Shown: piece after piece, positions 53,094-64,000 of the stretch
Position numbering within the stretch: position 1 is the first letter of the stretch
Layout of the letters: the number at the start of each line of letters is the position of its first letter
NCBI GenBank assembly: GCA_964016885.1
Contig: OZ024766.1
Location: 1,426,001-1,490,000 of the forward strand
Source: Eledone cirrhosa
Taxonomy: Eukaryota
DNA: 64,000 bases
Direction of reading: 5' to 3'
Program-made: the position numbers and the translations under genes
The notes under the pieces: model-generated
The model's database searches: none
What the model saw: only the letters and a program-made list of their open reading frames with translations
What the model was told of the DNA's origin: nothing

Positions 53094-53165
53094 CCCGTCT
53101 GATGAGAACACATCAATGGGTTATTATGCAATAACGTTAATGTCTTTGAAATACGTATAACAGGG
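53094..53165 (+). ncRNA. Minimal type I hammerhead ribozyme with long stem II
   Basis: CCCGT-CTGATGA-[..GTTATT atgc AATAAC..]-GAAA-TACGTA-TA-ACAGGG. Confidence 0.55.
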
Positions 53166-53426
53166 TTATACAATAGAGGATGTACATTTAAAACCATCTC
53201 TCTTCTTTATAACATTGACACTGCATTTGATACCTTATTGATAATAATTTAAGGAACACAAGTTGTAGAGTGCTTTATGTCTTTTTGCACTACAATTGGC
53301 AGATTATTTGATCAACCAACATTTCTTTACATGGATAATATATATATATATATAACCCTCACTGAGCCCTATCTCACTTTTTATCGTTGTACATATATAG
53401 AAGTAGTTCCCCAACAGTTCACCATT

Positions 53427-53469
53427 ACCGAGAACAATTGTTTCACCTTACTTGGCTCATCAGCTTGGT
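53427..53469 (-). ncRNA. Minimal type I hammerhead ribozyme on the talin sense strand
   Basis: Minus strand ACCAAG-CTGATGA-GCC aagtaa GGT-GAAA-CAATTG-TT-CTCGGT. Confidence 0.65.
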
Positions 53470-53724
53470 TATATATATATAACCCTTACTGAGTCCTCCC
53501 TCAAGTTTTATCCTATATATATGTAAATATATATTGTGGTAGTTTTGGATAGTTCAGCGCTCTTTTTAAAATATGTTCATTCCAAAAATTAAAAATTTAA
53601 AATAAATTTGCCTATAGCTGAAAGGGGAAAAATACTTTAATATATTTGGGGAAGATAAAAAAATAATTCCATTAGATTTGGAGTGGTAAATGATTTTCTT
53701 GTTATCTGCGAAGTGGGTGTGTAT

Positions 53725-54156
53725 TAGCAGATGTGGGAGGGGCTTGAATTACAAAATCTGGGAGGAGAAAATATGTAAATCTGGACGGAACTTGAACCAG
53801 AAAATCTGGGCAGGGTCAACTGAACTGGGAGGAGCTTAAATTAGTAGATCTAAGAGGTGTTTGAATAAGCAGAAATGGGAGGAGCTTAAATCAGCAGATC
53901 TGAGTGGAGCTTGAATTAGCAAATTTGAGTGGAGCTTGAATTAATAAATCTGGGAGGAGTTAAAAAATAAAATAAAAATCAACAAAACTGGGAGGAGCTT
54001 AAGAAAGTATCAACAAAACTGGGAGGGGCTTAAATCAGCAAAACTGGGAGGTGTTTGAATTAGCAAATCTGGGAGGGGCTTGAATTAGCAAATCTGGGAG
54101 GGGCTTGAATCAGCAAAAGAGGGAGGGGCTTAAATCAGCAAAAGAGGGAGGGGCTT
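53725..54156. repeat. Degenerate ~25-bp minisatellite CTGGGAGGGGCTTGAATTAGCAAAT
   Basis: Direct reading. Confidence 0.8.
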
Positions 54157-54291
54157 CAAAGGTATATATAATTCAACGATAATGAATGAAGTCTGAGAAG
54201 GAGAATTCTAAATATTGAGGAATTTTTGGCAAGAACACAAGATAGGTTAAGTATTGGTCCCAAGGCACTGGATATTATGCAGGCTGTGTGT

Positions 54292-54377
<86 letters not shown>

Positions 54378-54444
54378 TATATACTCATATACATACACAC
54401 ATAAGTACATATATATATATATATATATATATACTTGTGTATAT

Positions 54445-54527
54445 ATTGGGTCGTCAAGTATGGAATTTGTAAAAATTTGTTTGTTTTTTCAACAAATTTC
54501 TACAAATTTCATACTTGATGACTCAAT
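54445..54527. mobile_element. Short palindromic MITE (TTGGGTCGTCAAGTATG..CATACTTGATGACTCAA)
   Basis: Inverted arms, TA-flanked. Confidence 0.72.
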
Positions 54528-54533
54528 ATATAC

Positions 54534-54574
<41 letters not shown>

Positions 54575-55169
54575 GTTGGGTAGAAAAACAACTTAAAACT
54601 AAGAAAGCACTATAAAAATAATCAAATAAAATATAACAAATTTTACTTAACATTTAAAACATCCCCACTAAACTGGTACACTATATATATATATATATAC
54701 ACATGTATGTATATATATTATATATATACGTTTATATATAAAATATATATATATACACATATATGTATATATATAAAATATATATATACGTTTATATATG
54801 TATATATATATATACAAATATATATACATATATATATATACAAATACATATATATAATCTATATACCCCCCCATCCCACCCCCACATTATGTTACAACAA
54901 CAACCAACAAAAGGCCAAATGCACAAACTAAAACAAACAAAGAAACAAAACATAAACAAATTAAATCAACAAAGTTAATTACTTAATTAAGCGGTTGTCA
55001 TGACAATGCAATCAAATTTAAGAAACGTGGCGGGGGTGGGGGCGATACTTTGTTTGAGCGACCCCCCAGAAGGTAAGGATGTAAGCAAAGCTAACCTCGA
55101 CAGGATTTGAACCCAGGACGTAAAGGGACGTAACTCTATACTGCAAAGCATGGTGTCCGATGCTCCACC

Positions 55170-55548
55170 GAATAATTGTTTCTACTTTTGTCACAAGGCC
55201 AGCAATTATCTCAGTGTATTACTGGTACTTTATTTTATCAACCCTGTAATAATTGTTTCTACTTTTGTCACAAGGCCAGCAATTATCCCAGTATATTACT
55301 GGTACTTTATTTTATCAACCCTGTAATAATTGTTTCTACTTTTGGCACAAGGCCAGCAATTAACCCAGTGTATTACTGGTACTTTATTTTATAAAATATA
55401 ATATAATTGTTTCTACTTTTGGCACAAGGCCAGCAAAAACCCCAGTGTATTACTGGTACTTTATTTTATAAAATGTAATAATATAATTGTTTCTACTTTT
55501 GGCACAAGACCAGCAATTATCCCAGTGTATTACTGGTACTTTATTTTA
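55170..55548. repeat. Tandem amplification (~70-77 bp, 5 copies) of the SINE 3' part; similar array at 41675-41990
   Basis: Repeated AATTGTTTCTACTTTTGGCACAAGGCCAGCAATT..GTATTACTGGTACTTTATTTTAT. Confidence 0.85.
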
Positions 55549-55803
55549 TCGACCGACCCCTGTAAGGACAAAAGGCAAAGCTAAACTTCGGCGAGATTTG
55601 AACCCAGTACGTAAAGGGCCATAGCAGCAGCAGCAATAGTAACTGGTAGTAGTAGTAGTAGTAGTAGTTGTAGTAACAACAACAACAACAACAACAAGAC
55701 AATCGTACATTCCAGAAATAAGAAAAACATATATATTATTATTTAAAAAAAAAAGAAGCAAAACTAAGACAAAAAATAAAGCAGAAAGATGCCATAACAG
55801 TTA

Positions 55804-55838
<35 letters not shown>

Positions 55839-56512
55839 GGTGGTTGGTGGGGGGGGTACTGTTGTTGGTAGTGGTGGTGTGGGAGTGGTGGTGGTGGTGT
55901 GGTGGTGTGGTGGTACTATTGCTGGGGTGGTGGTGGTGGTGGAGTGGGGCGTCTCTTGCTGGGGTCGTGGTGTGGCAGAGACTGTAGCGGTGGTGGTAGT
56001 CTGAAGATGGTATCGGTAATATCTTTTTCTATTATCACCTGTGTGCATATATACATTTCTGTCTCTCTCTATATATATGTGTGTGTATATATATATATAT
56101 ATACACACACATATATATATAGTTGCCTTAATTTCAATGTTGATTGCCATGGTTGTATTTTTATCACCACAACAAACTGGTGTAATCAGGTTTAAGTACT
56201 CTACATCAGTTGTATCTATCTAAGTAAGATCTGTTATCATATAAACATATACCCAACACGGTTCTACTTCTCTATACTGCAATTTACTAAATAACATCTG
56301 TTATGCACATTTCAAAGGCATAAGACTAACTTCAGTATTGACGCAGTTTTGGAAAGCATTGTGTCAATATAAGAAATTTAAATAATCGGAAGACAAAATG
56401 ATGACTATAAAAATTATGTTTAATGTTCATACACACTGTTTGGTTTTCTAATCTTTTAAATTTATTCTAAGAGATATGTATATATATATACATATATATA
56501 GAGAGAGATATG

Positions 56513-56574
<62 letters not shown>

Positions 56575-56863
56575 TATGTATATATATATATATATATATT
56601 TGAAAAAAATAAGGAAAAGAATGACTTCACTTGTAGTGCTAAATAATTTGATTTAATTTCATAATATAATAATATTATAAAATTAAATCAAATTAAAAGA
56701 GCTCAATGTAAAATAACAAATATACTACAGAGCCGAAATACTTTATAAATAGCAATCAAAGAGTGTTTAAAACATTTAATTATGATTGTTTCCTTGTAGC
56801 ACAAGGCTGGAATCATCGGGTGACAAAGTCTTGATATCATATTTGTGTTTGACCATTACTATG

Positions 56864-56910
56864 TACTCTGATGATCCCGGCCCTGTGCAAGGATGAAACA
56901 ATTGTAAGTG
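56864..56910 (+). ncRNA. Hammerhead-like motif in the right arm of a 170-bp inverted repeat
   Basis: ACT-CTGATGA-TCC..GGA-T-GAAA-CAATTG-TA-AGT; one-nucleotide irregularity at the base of stem II. Confidence 0.5.
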
Positions 56911-56952
56911 ATTACATGTTTGAAACACTCATATATATATATATAGTTATGT

Positions 56953-57015
<63 letters not shown>

Positions 57016-57069
57016 CAATTAAAGAAAGTTGGTTGATTGAAAATCTGCTGACTTTTTCTTAACAGATTC

Positions 57070-57253
57070 GCAATTGATCAGCTCAAGGTTTGATCTGTAT
57101 TGATCTGGCCCAACTCTGGAATCAAAAGCTCATCAGACCTCTGTTGTTGTAATGGCAGAATGAACATATGTTACCACAGCAGAGGTCCGACGAGCTTTTG
57201 ATTCCAGAGTCGGGTCAGATCGATACAGATCAAACCCTGAGCTGATCAATAGC
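57070..57253. repeat. Long inverted repeat, ~84-bp arms with ~16-nt loop
   Basis: Arms ~88% complementary by eye. Confidence 0.9.
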
Positions 57254-57519
57254 AAAACGCGTGTCACCAACCAATATAATGAAGGCTTAACAAATCGTCC
57301 TTGTATTGTTATTATTATTATATATATCTATATATATATACAAGGGCGGTGGATTGGCAGTATCAGTAGAGGGTCGGACGCCATGCTTTCCAGCATAGTT
57401 ACGTCCCTTTACGATCTGAGTTCACTTTGCCTTTCATCCGTACGGGGTCTATAAAATAAAGTACCAGTAATGCACTGGGTAATTGCTGGCCTTGTGCCTA
57501 AAGTAGAAAAATTATTATA

Positions 57520-57552
<33 letters not shown>

Positions 57553-57669
57553 CTATCTGTCTCTCTATATATATATCTATACATCTATATCTATATATAG
57601 ATGTATAGATATATCTATATATATATATATCTACACACCCATATACACATACATATATATATATATATT

Positions 57670-57708
<39 letters not shown>

Positions 57709-57741
57709 ATATTCATATATATATATATATTCATATTTTTA

Positions 57742-57802
57742 TTCATTCTGACGACTGAAGACAGACACAACATCTGTCTTCAAGAAACCACTGGTAAATG
57801 AA
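57742..57802 (+). ncRNA. Type I hammerhead ribozyme motif
   Basis: TTCATT-CTGACGA-cTGAAGACAGA cacaaca TCTGTCTTCAa-GAAA-CCACTGG-TA-AATGAA; perfect 6-bp stem I, 10-bp stem II. Confidence 0.65.
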
Positions 57803-57896
57803 ATAATTATCTTATGTTGTTTATTACATAACTATTAAGCTCTGTAGCCTACATAGAGCACTCTTTTTTCCTGGACCTTTCCGACGGAATTCATTT

Positions 57897-57927
<31 letters not shown>

Positions 57928-58317
57928 AATATAAATATATATATATATAAATATATATATAAATATATATATATTTATATATATATATTCTGGTTCACAG
58001 TCTTCAACACATAAAAGTTGTTGCCACCACACACTGAAGGTGGGGGGTTTGATGGTGATGTAAAGTTATGTTGAAAGTGTTGCAGGATGGAGTGGGATGG
58101 AGCCAATGGTAAGGGTTGGTCACTAGGAATATAGGGGAAGGATGGGTGTGATGAAGTGAGGAAAAAGGGAGTTCAGCAGCAACAGCAGAGAGGGAAGAAG
58201 ATAGAAGACAGAAATGATGATGATGATGATGATGATGATTAGTCAGTAAGAGTAGTAGTAGTAGTAGTAATAGTAGTAGTAGTAGTAATAATAATAACTG
58301 GCACTGCTTTATGATTT

Positions 58318-58351
<34 letters not shown>

Positions 58352-58490
58352 CGCATATATATATATGTATGTATATGTATGTATATGTATGTGTACGTAT
58401 GTATGCCTGTATATATGTGTGATTATATACACATACACATGTATTTATATACATAATGTATGTATATATATATGTATGTATATATACATA

Positions 58491-58553
<63 letters not shown>

Positions 58554-58691
58554 GACATACATATATATATAGACATACATATATATGTATATAGACATAT
58601 ATATACACATACATACATATATATATAGACATACACAGATGCATATATACAAATACATATCTACACATAGATATATACAGACATACACACC

Positions 58692-58747
<56 letters not shown>

Positions 58748-59169
58748 TATATACACATGTATGTATATATATATTGATTGCGTCAATCGTTTCATGCCAT
58801 GGCGAAAGAAAGTGGATACCGGACCTCAGCCGCAGAAGACACAACGTCAGAAATCTGAAATATCAGGGGTGTATACAGATATATATATATACACTCACAC
58901 AACATACATACATTATACAACATCACAACATCTATGTATATGAAGTGAATATACTGGGTTGTAACATAACTTCCCGCCGTTGTTATAACACTTCTTAATA
59001 AAAAAAACGGCGGGAATCTATGTTACAACCCAAATATATTATATAGGTAAGTGATGATGTTTGCTTGAAGAATTGTGGATGGTATCTTTGTTATTAATAA
59101 AGTGGTTAGATCGTTACCTTGAGATATCTTAATTAGTCATTAATATTCTTATGCTATCGCGAATACAAG

Positions 59170-59855
59170 TAGCTGAAATGGGGTTCCTCTGAAAGGTCTT
59201 TGGAATAATGTTATTCGATAAATTGTGTAACTCAGTGACCAGAGTGTCACTCCAGGTAGAGCTGCTACTTCTCTGATTTGAGAGATCACAGTTCTGATAC
59301 TATGGACATGTGGTTAGAATGTCTCAGGAAAGAATCACTGGAGAGTCACTCCAGGTAGAGCTGCTACTTCTCTGAATTAAGAGATCACAGCTCTGATACT
59401 ATGGACATGTGGTTAGAATGTCTCAGGAAAGAATCACTGGAGAGTCACTCCAGGTAGAGCTGCTACTTCTCTGAATTGAGAGATCACAGCTCTGATACTA
59501 TGGACATGTGGTTAGAATGTCTCAGGAAAGAATCACTGGAGAGTCACTCCAGGTAGAGCTGCTACTTCTCTGAATTGAGAGATCACAGCTCTGATACTAT
59601 GGACATGTGGTTAGAATGTCTCAGGTAAGAATCACTGGGAAGATATTAAGGGCAAAACCAACCGGTAGGAGACCCAGGGGTAGACCCTGAGCAAGATGGT
59701 TGTGTAACATCCTTGAGCTTGGCTGGTCTCACTTGGAGATCCAACCGGATCAGTTGGAGACGGTTGCTTCTGACAGGACCTGCTGCAGGGAGTGTGTGAG
59801 GACTCTGACCCCCACGGCCCTCTCAGGGATAAGTTGGGGAAGAAGAAGAAAAAGA
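59170..59855 (+). repeat. RTE fragment with the 99-bp tandem array (4 copies)
   Basis: Same unit and same downstream RTE sequence as 50825-51800. Confidence 0.9.
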
Positions 59856-60054
59856 AGATATTCTTATGCTGCCAGATTAAAAAACAATCATCAACATCAC
59901 CACCATCATTGTTTAACGTGTATTTTTCCACACTAGCATGGGTTAGACAGGTTGTCACATTATGGGAGCAGGTCAAGTGACCACGCCTCACTCATAAATC
60001 TGTATTTTGACTGGGTTTCTATGCTTGAATGCCCTTCCTAATGCCAACCATTTC

Positions 60055-60565
60055 AGAGCATAGCTTGGATCAAAGCAGAGAACAGCTTGCATCAGATAAT
60101 AGCATAGCTTGGATCAAGGCAAAGCTTGGATCAAGGCACAGCTTGCATCAGATAATAGCATAGCTTGGATCAAAGCATAGCTTGGATCAAGGCACAGCTT
60201 GCATCAGATAATAGCATAGCTTGGATCAAGGCACAGCTTGCATCAGATAATAGCATAGCTTGGATCAAGGCATAGCTTGGATCAAGGCACAGCTTGCATC
60301 AGATAATAGCATAGCTTGGATCAAGGCACAGCTTGCATCAGATAATAACATAGCTTAGATCAAGGCACAGCTTGCATCAGATAATAACATAGCTTAGATC
60401 AAGGCACAGCTTGCATCAGATAATAACATAGCTTAGATCAAGGCACAGCTTGCATCAGATAATAACATAGCTTGGATCAGATCAGAGTATAGCTTGGATC
60501 AGATCAGAGTATAGCATGGATCAGATCAGGACTTAGCTTAGACCATAGCATAGCTTGGATCAGAC
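60055..60565. repeat. 39-bp minisatellite (17+22-bp subunits) ATAGCTTGGATCAAGGCACAGCTTGCATCAGATAATAGC
   Basis: Direct reading. Confidence 0.9.
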
Positions 60566-62311
60566 ACCATGAGATCCATTCACCATTTCCAGTGTTGTTA
60601 GACAATTCACTGTTTCCAGATTTAAAAAAAAAAATAAAAAAAATGATAATACCAGAACAACAAAAGATATTCTACTTTGAATTAGTTTCCCCAATTGTTG
60701 TTTTGACAAAGGGAACATTTCCCCGAAATATCAAGGATTAATTAAACATCTCCAAGGTAACATCTTCACAACTTTGTTATTAGTTTTTGACATTTAATGT
60801 TTTCTATATGATATATTTAAAAAAAACAAAAACATTGTTGTTGGTATTGGTGTCATAATGGTTGCCTATGGAAGAATATGGTAAAAAAAATCTGACTGAT
60901 GGTTCATGGGGGAAATATGAGCACACAGGGTTTATGGTAAATAGGAGAAAGAAATGTGAGGAATTTGGTAAAAATTACCGTATTTCCTGGAATAAAACAA
61001 TGATGGTGTTTTTCTACAAAATAAATCTAGAAAATTTACCTTGTCTTGAAGGCTGAATGGACTAGAGTGATGCTTGATGGTAAAATATGAGGATAAGAGG
61101 AATATGGTAAACATGTTTTAATATGTTCCTTGATGATAATGTGTGTATGGGAGACTTATGAGCACACTGAGAATATGGTAAGTGTGTAAGATGGTGTATG
61201 AGAGAAAGACAGCTGAATATATTAGGAATAGGGTAAATATATGAGGAATAGGGTAAATATATGCTCTTGATGTGTGTATGGGAGATATATGAGCACATAG
61301 AGATTAGGGTAAAGTTTGTAAGATGGAGGAATCTGAGGAATATGGTAAAATTATGAACACCCTGGGACTAGGGTAAAGTCTGTGAGATGGCTGATGGGAG
61401 ATATCTGGGGAATATGGTAGAATTATGGATACAGTGATGGTAATATACCAGGGTTGGATAGCAGCAGAGAAATGTGATGGTGATGTCAGTTAAGTGCCCC
61501 AGGAGGGGAAAAAAGTGATAACGTGAACGAGGGAGGGAGGGAGGGAGGAGAGACAGTGATGGTAACAGCATATTTGTTGAGAGATGGATGAATATAAAGG
61601 AGCTAGAGTGTGAGTGCGTTTGAGTGAGAGTAGGAGTGAGAGTAGGAGTGAGAGTAGGAGTGAAGGGTTCCAAATGGCAGCTGAAACAAAAAAAAAACAA
61701 CAACACCAACAACAAAGAAAGAAAAGATTGAACACAATAAAATAAAACAAAAGATCAATATTAAAGAAAACTTATTGGAGTCGAGTGTAGCTTTGAGTGG
61801 AGTGTCACCTGGAGTATATGTTTGTATGTATGTGTGCATATGTGTGTGTATGTATGTATATATATATGTGTATATGTACATATATATGTAGGAATGCATG
61901 CATATTTGTATACATGTATATGTGTATATATATATATATGTATATATATATATGTATATATACACATATATATATATATGTATATATACATATATATATA
62001 TATACATATATATATATATGTATATACATATTTATATATGTATATATACATATATATATATAGGCATATATATATGTATACATACACACACACATATATA
62101 TTGCATACACACATACATGCATATGTGTGTGTATGTGTATATATATGCAAGTACATGTAAGAAATTCTAATCAAAGGTTAAATTAATGAGTAACTACAAA
62201 TACAATCTTTACTAATGATGCTAATTAAGGCCGTCAATAATTAACAAGTTTAACGAGGATATCGTTATTGAAACGACATAATAAACAACATTCCTTAATT
62301 ATTTTAATAAT

Positions 62312-63430
62312 TATTGGGTCAAGTATGAAATTTGTAGATATTGTTTTTTTCTACAAATTTCATACTTGACTTCCCAATATGAAATTTGTAGATATTGGTT
62401 GTTTTTCAACATATTTCTACAAATTTCATACTTGACTGTCAAGTATGAAATTTGTAGGTATTGGTTTTTCTACAAATTTCATACTTGACTGTCAAGCATG
62501 AAATTTGTAGGTATTGGTTTTTCTACAAATTTCATACTTGACTGTCAGGCATGAAATTTGTAGGTATTGGTTTTTCTACAAATTTCATACTTGACTGTCA
62601 AGTATGAAATTTGTAGGTATTGGTTTTTCTACAAATTTCATACTTGACTGTCAAGCATGAAATTTGTAGGTATTGGTTTTTCTACAAATTTCATACTTGA
62701 CTGTCAAGTATGAAATTTGTAGGTATTGGTTTTTCTACAAATTTCATACTTGACTGTCAAGCATGAAATTTGTAGGTATTGGTTTTTCTACAAATTTCAT
62801 ACTTGACAGTCAAGTATGAAATTTGTAGGTATTGGTTTTTCTACAAATTTCATACTTGACTGTCAAGCATGAAATTTGTAGGTATTGGTTTTTCTACAAA
62901 TTTCATACTTGACAGTCAAGTATGAAATTTGTAGGTATTGGCTTTTCTACAAATTTCATACTTGACTGTCAAGCATGAAATTTGTAGGTATTGGTTTTTC
63001 TACAAATTTCATACTTGACAGTCAAGTATGAAATTTGTAGGTATTGGCTTTTCTACAAATTTCATACTTGACTGTCAAGCATGAAATTTGTAGGTATTGG
63101 TTTTTCTACAAATTTCATACTTGACAGTCAAGTATGAAATTTGTAGGTATTTTCTTTTTTCTACAAATTTCATACTTGACCTAATAATTGAAATTTGTAG
63201 ATATTTTTTTTTTTTACAATTTTCATACTTGACTTCCCAGTATGAAATTTGTAGATATTGGTTGTTTTTCAACATATTCCTACAAATTTCATACTTGACT
63301 GTCAAGCATAATATTTGTAGATATTTTTTTTTTTCTACAATTTCCATACTTGACTTCCCAGTATGAAATTTGTAGATATTGGTTTCTTTTTCTATAAATC
63401 TTTACAAATTTCATACTTGACGACCCGATA
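62312..63430. repeat. 53-bp palindromic minisatellite (~20 copies) derived from the short MITE
   Basis: Unit GTCAAGTATGAAATTTGTAG-gtattggttttt-CTACAAATTTCATACTTGAC-t; period 53 (62438, 62491). Confidence 0.93.
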
Positions 63431-63729
63431 ATTAATGGTTTTTTTTTATATAGGCACAAGGCCAGTAATTTGGGGGGGGGGGGGGGGATGGGGAAGTCGA
63501 TTGAATCGACCCCCAGTACATTGCTGGTACTTTATTTTATCGACCCTGTAAGGATGAAAGGCAAAGTTAACCTCGGTGGGATTTGAACTCAGATCGTAAA
63601 GGGACGTAACTCTATGCTGCAAAGCATGGTGTCTGACTCTCCACCGATACTGCCAATCCACGACCCGATAAAAATGCCGTAAATGAGGGGCAAAGGGAGG
63701 AAAGCACAAGGAAGGACTGAGGGTGACAG

Positions 63730-64000
63730 ACTCTACACCGAAGTCAGAGGGGTGTTTAGGCTGCACCCAGCAGAAAAAGCTACAAAGGTATTATTTCTGC
63801 AAACAGTGGCCATCATCACCCACTGCATCAGCCACACCACCTCGCGAAACTCCTTCCTCAAGCAGGCTGCTGATGTCTTGAGTTTTACCGATGAGCTTGG
63901 CAGTATTGGGCCCGAGGAAGTCAAAGGTCTGAGGTTGACCAGTGTGGGAGGAAGTGGCTGGATAAGGCCCGATATTTGCTTGTCTTTCATTAGAAATATG
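63730..64000 (-). mobile_element. Degenerate CRE-like retrotransposon 3' fragment
   Basis: Frameshifted TFDFLGPNTAKLI..EFREVVWLMQWVMMATVCRNNTFVAFSAG resembles the 38700-38825 peptide. Confidence 0.5.

Noticed and set aside
61603-61700. Strong minus-strand acceptor before 61680 followed by an (HSYS)n frame
   Set aside because: No donor, low-complexity 12-bp repeat and no talin similarity; cannot be supported as an exon, though a terminal exon is not excluded.

Overview
Eukaryotic, AT- and microsatellite-rich genomic DNA. The SINE and RTE repertoire points to an octopod cephalopod (inference). The window holds the 3' part of a talin gene on the minus strand: 10 clean GT-AG exons (46405 to 13728) encoding the end of rod domain R11, R12, R13 (I/LWEQ-THATCH actin-binding region) and the C-terminal dimerisation helix. 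The next upstream exon lies beyond base 64000. Most ORFs in the supplied track are microsatellite artefacts. The rest is repeats: a 6.7-kb complex satellite, a Naiad-type Penelope-like retroelement fragment (RT thumb + GIY-YIG), two Tc1/mariner relics, TTAA- and TA-type MITEs, tRNA-derived SINEs, RTE and CRE-like LINE fragments, and many minisatellites amplified from pieces of those elements. Two signals stand out. (1) The 22.5-kb phase-1 intron at the R12-R13 linker contains four candidate frame-preserving microexons (24, 9, 12, 12 nt), and further candidates lie in the upstream intron. (2) About 9 minimal type-I hammerhead ribozyme motifs are scattered in (TA)n-flanked islands, including a U3-A8 core variant. 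All microexon and ribozyme calls are read by eye and need transcript or biochemical tests.
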